From positions 62,001-126,000 of the IMG/VR virus record IMGVR_UViG_3300032242_003291: a stretch of 64,000 nucleotides of DNA. One strand, given 5' to 3'. Below the pieces are notes generated by a model, which was not told the DNA's origin, made no database searches, and saw only the letters and a list, made by a program, of their open reading frames with translations. This document shows positions 58,510 through 64,000 of this stretch, in pieces (the stretch's first letter is position 1; each line of letters begins with the position of its first letter). A program made the position numbers and the translations under genes.

Positions 58510-58536
58510 AAAAAAATCGGGTGAAAACACCCGATT
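58510..58536 (-). terminator. Intrinsic terminator for the peptidase gene
   Basis: AATCGGGTG-AAAA-CACCCGATT, with a U tract on the minus strand. Confidence 0.75.
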
Positions 58537-58558
58537 ATAAAAAGATATATAAGTTTAA

Positions 58559-59398
58559 TTAAAATAAGAATCTAGCAAACTCTTTTGGTTGTGATTCTTT
58601 GTAGTGAAGTTTGTATCCCAAACTTTCTATCATTTTTCTACCCATATCAATTCCGTTAAAAACATCCTCAACAACGACATATTCATTTTTTGTGTGGTAG
58701 TTATAATATCCGATTGAAAAATTGATACAAGAAAAATTAAATTTAGTTCTTAAAGCATAAACATCAGTGTATGGATGTACCATATATTGCATGTCCTCAT
58801 TATTCATTCCTTCAGTTAATATTTGGTCCACCTTTTCAAAAAACTCTGAATTTCTGTCGAATAGAACTTGACCAAAACATTTTTCAGTAATCATCCAGTT
58901 TTCAGGTGCATCAAATTGAATTCCATATCCAACATTATTGAAGAATTCTTCTTTAGCTTTCTTTGAACCGTGACATCCTGTTTCCTCAGAAACAAAAAAT
59001 GCGGCCTTAAGATAAGGTAATTCTTTCAAAAGGGTTAAACACGCAAATACTCCACACTTATCATCACCACCAATCCCTGTTGGATTTCCTAAGTCGTTAT
59101 ACGCTTTATATGATAGTTTTAATTCACCTTGTGTATTAGGTAATTGTTCTTCTTGGATGTTGATTGTATCAATATCATGAACTGTGTCCGTATGCGCAAT
59201 TACGCAAGGGAAATAGAAATCAGGAGGAATCAATACAGACTCTTGTTTTGTTGCATACACATTTTTGTATTCATCAACAAAAAATTCAATATTATTTTCT
59301 TTAAGCCATTGAACTAAGTAGACGACCATAAGGTCTTCTTTATAAGTTTTGGTTGGGACACTTAAAACGTCCTTTAATAGTTGTAAATTTTTTTCCAT
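58559..59398 (-). CDS. M28/M20-clan zinc peptidase
   Basis: IAHTDTV, GIGGDDKCG, FVSEETGCHGS, QFDAP, GYYNYHTKNE. Confidence 0.85.
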   Translation of the reverse strand: MEKNLQLLKDVLSVPTKTYKEDLMVVYLVQWLKENNIEFFVDEYKNVYATKQESVLIPPDFYFPCVIAHTDTVHDIDTINIQEEQLPNTQGELKLSYKAYNDLGNPTGIGGDDKCGVFACLTLLKELPYLKAAFFVSEETGCHGSKKAKEEFFNNVGYGIQFDAPENWMITEKCFGQVLFDRNSEFFEKVDQILTEGMNNEDMQYMVHPYTDVYALRTKFNFSCINFSIGYYNYHTKNEYVVVEDVFNGIDMGRKMIESLGYKLHYKESQPKEFARFLF

Positions 59399-59402
59399 AC
59401 CA

Positions 59403-59434
59403 CAAAGGTAGGTAAATTATTCGTCATCTCCAAA
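59403..59434 (-). promoter_or_regulatory. Bacteroidota housekeeping-sigma promoter (-33/-7)
   Basis: TTTG-N20-TACCTTTG on the minus strand, ending 4 nt before the peptidase ATG. Confidence 0.72.
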
Positions 59435-61231
59435 TAAATCAAACAATTCAGGTTGATATAACAATTTTAAAAATGCTTCTTCGGATAGTGAAAAATCTTT
59501 GGACCCTTTAAAACTAGAAGTAATTCTAACATTTACTTTCATTTTGTCTCTGTCAAACCCTAAAACTTTAAATTTTATATTTTTGTCTTTTGGTAATTCA
59601 TACCAAGTATTAATTTTATATTTAGATTCTATCCTTTTCCTAAATTCAATGAAATTTTTCAATTCACCTTCTTCATTTTCAATTTTGTCAATAATTTTGT
59701 CAAAATATGATTCCGCGGTTCTATTAAATGATACGGAATCAAAATTGTCAGAATCTTGGAATTCATAAGAATTTTCTGCCCATCCTCCTATATCTTTACC
59801 ATGTTGTTCGATTATTTGATTAAATAAAGATATTACATCTGTTTTATGTATATCTAATCTTGTGGACCACATCAACAAATTAGCAACAGTTGTAGAAATA
59901 TAATCATATTTTCTATGGATTTTAAATCCAACAGATTCGAGTAAATTATTCAAATCTTTGTCAATTTGTACTCTTGCTGTTGCATTCATTTCATTTTCTT
60001 TTTCCGAATGATAATCACCAATAATCCAATCCATTTCATTTTCAAATGTGTCCAATAATGCTTCTGCAAGTTGTTGTCTATAACCCTCGTCATCCAACTT
60101 ATACTCTATGTTAGGTAAAAGTGCGGATGCAATTTCTTTTAATTTTTCTTTATTTTCATCATTTAATTCATAAAAAATAATATATCCGTTTTTGAAATCA
60201 TCTTCGATGGTATATCTATCCATAAATTCATACCCACTATAGTGACTTTCAATTGCATTTAAAAACCAAATATCATCCTCATGTAAATCTAATGAATTAA
60301 AAAATTTATCGTCGTTGTCAAAGTCAATTATTATAATACTTTGACCTAAGGGTTCTCTTTCATCTACCGCGTATATTCCATCATCAGAATTTGCTAAACC
60401 TGTGGAAGAAACCTTTTTTCTAATGAACCCTCTCAACGACTTTGAAAAATCACTTACTCCGAGTAATTCATCTATCAAATCTATTTGTTGTGGAAATTCT
60501 TTTCTCAATTCATCAGGACCAACTAATACATCCGATGAGTTATAAACTTCTTTTCTTTTTTCTTCCGTATCTACGAACAACGCGAGTTTATTTCCGTCAT
60601 TTTTATTAATGAAATAATATAATTCCCCTTTTTCTGCATATTGTCTAAAATAATGAGATGTCTGTTTGTTTGTAGTGCACCATTTAGTATTTGCACCATA
60701 ATAACAAGAGGCGGCATATGTCTTTGGCATAACAACCAAAACATTTTCATCTTCATACAATTTTTCAGCTTGAGATTTCAATTCTCTCTCAAGTTCTTTA
60801 TTTGTTTTTCTACTATCAACAACTTCCATCAATTCTTCTAAAAAGGCTGGGTTTGTATATTGGTTGATATCTTTTGGATTGTCAGCAAGATTATTGATAT
60901 TATCGAATACTCCATGTCTTGCTCTATACTTTGTTTCAGTTTTCCAAATGTCATCTGAAGTTATCTTATCAACATTTTGGTGAAACCAAGGAATAATCGT
61001 ATAAAAAACATCAGAAACTGCTGTTCTTTGGTCTAAATTCAATCCACCTTCAGGACCACTTAATTGAGGTATGATTTTATTTAATTGATTGGCAAGATAA
61101 TCCACATACTTGTACCTTGTTGGGTCAATATTCAGTACTTGGTCAATAAAATTAGTGTCGTATTTAAACTTTTGTTTAAGTTTTTTAGCAACTTCCTCTT
61201 TTTTCCCTTCTATTAGTATCTTTTTGGACAT
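59417..61231 (-). CDS. Large protein with PcfJ-like domain
   Basis: KLYEDENVLVV.PKTY.ASCYYGANTKWCTT...YF..Y...GELYYFI; TATTTAT-N5-ATG. Confidence 0.6.
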   Translation of the reverse strand: MSKKILIEGKKEEVAKKLKQKFKYDTNFIDQVLNIDPTRYKYVDYLANQLNKIIPQLSGPEGGLNLDQRTAVSDVFYTIIPWFHQNVDKITSDDIWKTETKYRARHGVFDNINNLADNPKDINQYTNPAFLEELMEVVDSRKTNKELERELKSQAEKLYEDENVLVVMPKTYAASCYYGANTKWCTTNKQTSHYFRQYAEKGELYYFINKNDGNKLALFVDTEEKRKEVYNSSDVLVGPDELRKEFPQQIDLIDELLGVSDFSKSLRGFIRKKVSSTGLANSDDGIYAVDEREPLGQSIIIIDFDNDDKFFNSLDLHEDDIWFLNAIESHYSGYEFMDRYTIEDDFKNGYIIFYELNDENKEKLKEIASALLPNIEYKLDDEGYRQQLAEALLDTFENEMDWIIGDYHSEKENEMNATARVQIDKDLNNLLESVGFKIHRKYDYISTTVANLLMWSTRLDIHKTDVISLFNQIIEQHGKDIGGWAENSYEFQDSDNFDSVSFNRTAESYFDKIIDKIENEEGELKNFIEFRKRIESKYKINTWYELPKDKNIKFKVLGFDRDKMKVNVRITSSFKGSKDFSLSEEAFLKLLYQPELFDLFGDDE

Positions 61232-61252
61232 TAAACATAAATATAATTTTTG

Positions 61253-61283
61253 TTTGGAATTTCAATATTTATCATTATCTTTG
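61253..61283 (+). promoter_or_regulatory. Bacteroidota-type promoter with embedded TATTTAT motif, driving tmRNA
   Basis: TTTG(61253)-N19-TATCTTTG(61276). The core AATATTTATCATTATCTTTGT recurs at about 62334-62354. Confidence 0.75.
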
Positions 61284-61303
61284 TGATAGTTCTTTAAAAT
61301 ATT

Positions 61304-61700
61304 GGGGATGCAAGGTATTGACGGCCATTCGTATGGTAAATGGGCACGTAGTCAGAATTCATCTATGACTTAAATCCACGGTGAAAAAACTCAAATGGCA
61401 ATACTTTTGCTAAAATGGCTACTTTAGGTTTAACTAGAGAAGCTGTTGTTGTTGCTGCTTAATAGTAGAGAACAACGTTCGGGTCGGTTAGGACATATAA
61501 CCTAGGAACAGAAGTCCGTAATACGGGTCACAGGTCAGAGCTCGTTTAAAATAATTCTGAGACCAGGTAATTTGTGAGTTTGGTTCCCACATATATCAAA
61601 CTTAATATTTCGTAACATTGAGAAACAATGTTGTACTAAACGTGTAGTCCATTTATGGTTCAGTGGTTCGGACGCGGCTTCGATGCCGCCATCTCCACCA
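61304..61700 (+). ncRNA. ssrA: tmRNA (397 nt)
   Basis: 5' GGGGATG pairs with 3' CATCTCC-A-CCA, including the G3:U alanine identity pair; T-arm GCGGC/GCCGC; internal ORF ending ...GCT GCT TAA TAG TAG. Confidence 0.93.
61397..61462 (+). other. tmRNA tag reading frame, (A)GNTFAKMATLGLTREAVVVAA*
   Basis: In-frame translation ending in AA and triple stop. The resume codon GGC is inferred from position after the A-rich AAACTCAAAT segment. Confidence 0.7.
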
Positions 61701-61705
61701 TATAT

Positions 61706-61734
61706 AAAAAAGGTTCCTATTTGGAACCTTTTTT
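61706..61734. terminator. Bidirectional terminator between tmRNA and the HNH gene
   Basis: AAAAAAGGTTCC-TATTT-GGAACCTTTTTT; contains the HNH TAG stop. Confidence 0.85.
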
Positions 61735-62262
61735 ATTTTCAATAATTAATTCTATCAATTCATTAACCATATCATCAGACATATCATTTTTCATCCAATT
61801 AATGGCTCTTGACACCCATCTAATATTTCCTTTAATATAACCTTTAGAACTATCTATTCTATCCAAAGATGCTGTATAAATTGGGTTTTTGTTAATCTTA
61901 CTATAAGTTGATAGTATAAGATTTACTCCACTAAATTCGCAAATACCGTTTTGTTTTTCCCATTTTTCTTTCAAATCATCAATTGTTATATCAATAACTT
62001 GATTTCTGGTTTTAATATTCCTAAAATGATATTTGAATTTAGTATATTCATCACCTTTTCGTTTATACCCAAATTTTGATATATCAATTCTTTTATCTCC
62101 AAAATTTTTAATATTGTGTTTCCCGACACAAGTTCTAGTACAAAAATTAGGTCTATTTAATTTTTCATTTCTTCTTATTTCTGTTAAAGGTTTTTCAAAT
62201 TCAATACCGCAGTTTTTACAAACACATTTACCCATTTTGTATTTTTTTGTTTTGATTCCCAT
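61717..62262 (-). CDS. HNH-like free-standing endonuclease with N-terminal Zn finger
   Basis: CKNC...FCTRTC; CEFSG; ASLDRIDSSKGYIKGNIRWVS..IN.MK; TATTTAT-N4-ATG. Confidence 0.75.
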   Translation of the reverse strand: MGIKTKKYKMGKCVCKNCGIEFEKPLTEIRRNEKLNRPNFCTRTCVGKHNIKNFGDKRIDISKFGYKRKGDEYTKFKYHFRNIKTRNQVIDITIDDLKEKWEKQNGICEFSGVNLILSTYSKINKNPIYTASLDRIDSSKGYIKGNIRWVSRAINWMKNDMSDDMVNELIELIIENKKGSK

Positions 62263-62321
62263 ATTAATAAATATATGGATATGGGTTAAAAATCGTGGAG
62301 ATGATAAAAAATATTAAACTA

Positions 62322-62353
62322 TTTGGTTAATTTAATATTTATCATTATCTTTG
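62322..62353 (+). promoter_or_regulatory. Bacteroidota-type promoter with embedded TATTTAT
   Basis: TTTG(62322)-N20-TATCTTTG(62346). Confidence 0.75.
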
Positions 62354-62367
62354 TTTAAATTCTTAAT

Positions 62368-62529
62368 ATGAAAAAACTATTATTTTTTTTATTGATTGCT
62401 ATGACTTTCAGTAGTTGTATGTATTATCCTTATGGATATTCATATCGTCCTCATTATGGTGGTATATACCGTGGTGGATATCATGGTGGTGGTTCATTCC
62501 GTGGATACGGAGGATATAGAAGACATTAG
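62368..62529 (+). CDS. Small Gly/Tyr/Arg-rich lipoprotein (53 aa; below the ORF-track cutoff)
   Basis: MKKLLFFLLIAMTFSS-C-MYYPYGYSYRPHYGGIYRGGYHGGGSFRGYGGYRRH; SPII-type signal with Cys17. Confidence 0.72.
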   Translation: MKKLLFFLLIAMTFSSCMYYPYGYSYRPHYGGIYRGGYHGGGSFRGYGGYRRH

Positions 62530-62635
62530 GACACTCAACCTAAACCATTGATTTTAACAATCAATTAACTATTTATAAGAGTATGTAAAATAATTTTTCA
62601 TATTTTATATGCAATAAAATTCTAAACAAAAAAAC

Positions 62636-63172
62636 ATGAAAAAACAATTTAAATTCATTTTAGGAGCTTTGGCATTAATGTTCATTTCGCTTACCTCAAA
62701 TGCACAATTTAAAAAAACAGAAAAGTTCTTAGAAGGAACAGTTTCTTATTCAAAAGCTACAGGTGCTGTAAGACAGTACAGTATTAACCCTTCATTCGGT
62801 TATTTCTTAACTAATCGTTTTGCAGTAGGTGTTAATGGTGGAATTGGTGAAGATGCTTCAACAAAGAAAACAGTATTAGGTGCTTTCGGAAGATGTTACA
62901 TAATGAACATTGGAGATAAATTAAACATTTTCTCTCAATTAAGTGTTTCAAGTAACAAAGCAGAAATTGGTAAAACTAAAACAACAACAACTAACTCAAA
63001 TTTAGGTATTGGTGCAAATTATTTCGTATCTAAGAAAATAGCACTTACTACAACGTTAGCTGGTTTAGTTGATTATAGTGAAGTTCATTCCAAATCTACA
63101 TTCTCAGTAGGATTCAACGGAATTAACAACCCATTAACTACAGCTCAATTTGGTGTTTTATACAAATTTTAA
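62636..63172 (+). CDS. Outer-membrane beta-barrel protein (8-strand, Bacteroidota-type)
   Basis: Signal peptide ending SNA-Q; alternating amphipathic strands (FGYFLTNRFAVG, GANYFVSKKIAL); terminal GVLYKF BAM signal. Confidence 0.8.
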   Translation: MKKQFKFILGALALMFISLTSNAQFKKTEKFLEGTVSYSKATGAVRQYSINPSFGYFLTNRFAVGVNGGIGEDASTKKTVLGAFGRCYIMNIGDKLNIFSQLSVSSNKAEIGKTKTTTTNSNLGIGANYFVSKKIALTTTLAGLVDYSEVHSKSTFSVGFNGINNPLTTAQFGVLYKF

Positions 63173-63194
63173 TTAAAAAAAATAATACACAAAC

Positions 63195-63223
63195 AACCCT
63201 CACAGAAATGTGGGGGTTTTTTA
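63195..63223 (+). terminator. Intrinsic terminator after the OMP gene
   Basis: Identical 29-mer to the one at 58464. Confidence 0.85.
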
Positions 63224-63251
63224 TGTAATAAACTTTTACTATATTTGTATC

Positions 63252-63602
63252 ATGAATAGAATTTTAATAGGGTTATTTATTTTTGTAGCCTACACAATAT
63301 CTCAAATTTTTACGTTTTATCAATTACAGGGACACCTGTGGAATAAGTGGATTAAAGAACATCCACTTTTAATGACCATATTTGGACTCCCAATCGGTTA
63401 TGTGGTTATATTAGCCAGTAGACAAATGGTCGAACTGTGGGGAGGACAAACGTGGCCAAACAGGATTATAGGATTTTGTCTTGGGGTCATAGTTTTTAGT
63501 TTTATGTCTTGGTTTATGTTGAAAGAACCAATTACCGTTAAAACATCAGTTTGTCTCTTATTAAGTTTTGTTATTCTTGGGATTCAATTGTTTTGGAAAT
63601 AA
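63252..63602 (+). CDS. Small 4-TM membrane protein, SMR/DMT-like
   Basis: Start reassigned to MNRILIG (63252), 4 nt after TATATTTG; four hydrophobic helices; L.KEPIT.K...C..L motif. Confidence 0.6.
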   Translation: MNRILIGLFIFVAYTISQIFTFYQLQGHLWNKWIKEHPLLMTIFGLPIGYVVILASRQMVELWGGQTWPNRIIGFCLGVIVFSFMSWFMLKEPITVKTSVCLLLSFVILGIQLFWK

Positions 63603-63617
63603 AAGGTATTTATGAAT

Positions 63618-64000
63618 ATGAAATTCATGGGTATCTTATTAAAGGAGGGTCGTAGAGAAGATTTAAAGAAAAAATATTCAACAAAGTTTAATGAAGAAGA
63701 CTTAGACTTTATTTTGAATATTTCCGATTTGAAAGATTTCAATCACAAGTACACCGATTTTGTATTAAAAAATACAGATGGTGATGGTGAATTGGATACT
63801 AATGAATTAGAACATCTGATAGGTCTCATAAAAGATTTTGACAAGTATCAATCTCAACTCCCTAAAAAAGATATCAATCAATATGTATCCATGAATGAAC
63901 TTGAAAAAGTAATTCTATATATTAGGGGAAAAAACAAAGATAAAGAATTAGAAAAACAAGTAGACAAAATTTATGAAGATGATAAGTTTCTTGTTGTAAA
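63618..64000 (+). CDS. N-terminal part of a paralogue of the PcfJ-like protein (runs off the right edge)
   Basis: MKFMGILLKEGRREDLKKKY...KDINQY...KELEKQVDKIYEDDKFLVV parallels 59417..61231 (KDINQY...RELKSQAEKLYEDENVLVV). Confidence 0.72.
   Translation, partial: MKFMGILLKEGRREDLKKKYSTKFNEEDLDFILNISDLKDFNHKYTDFVLKNTDGDGELDTNELEHLIGLIKDFDKYQSQLPKKDINQYVSMNELEKVILYIRGKNKDKELEKQVDKIYEDDKFLVV

Noticed and set aside
61660-61700. Stand-alone tRNA gene
   Set aside because: The T-arm/CCA end pairs with 61304 and encloses a tag ORF, so it is the tRNA-like domain of the tmRNA. No separate tRNA was recognised in the window.
1-64000. Stop-codon reassignment, as seen in some large phages
   Set aside because: Long conserved genes are intact in code 11. 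TAG (e.g. 4095, 61717, 62529) and TGA (e.g. 27630) terminate genes at sensible ends.

Overview
AT-rich (roughly 30% GC by eye), gene-dense segment of a large T4-like tailed phage that uses the standard genetic code. A Bacteroidota host is inferred from several TTTG-N19/20-TAnnTTTG promoters, a Bacteroidota-style lipoprotein, a beta-barrel outer-membrane protein and a bS21 gene. Left to right the window holds: (1) the 5' part of a family-B DNA polymerase, missed by the ORF track; (2) a minus-strand operon of four mucin-like Thr/Pro-repeat proteins followed by GT60, GT25 and two HtrL/YibB-like genes; (3) a ~16 kb plus-strand nucleotide-sugar/glycosyltransferase island (Gmd, Fcl, GDP-Man 3,5-epimerase, GT11, GT10, GT2, GT4, STELLO-like, FkbM) with dUTPase, an exonuclease and PhoH, ending in a gp55-like late sigma factor; (4) virion/baseplate genes; (5) the head module (MCP, scaffold, protease, bS21, portal, TerL); (6) a proteostasis cluster (Hsp20, N-domain-less ClpC, M28 peptidase, tmRNA); (7) an envelope cassette (lipoprotein, OMP, SMR-like protein). 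The best candidate for a new system is a phage-encoded mucin-type O-glycosylation pathway with its putative substrates encoded alongside. The second is a phage trans-translation/degradation module. All family assignments come from motif recognition by eye; no database search was run.
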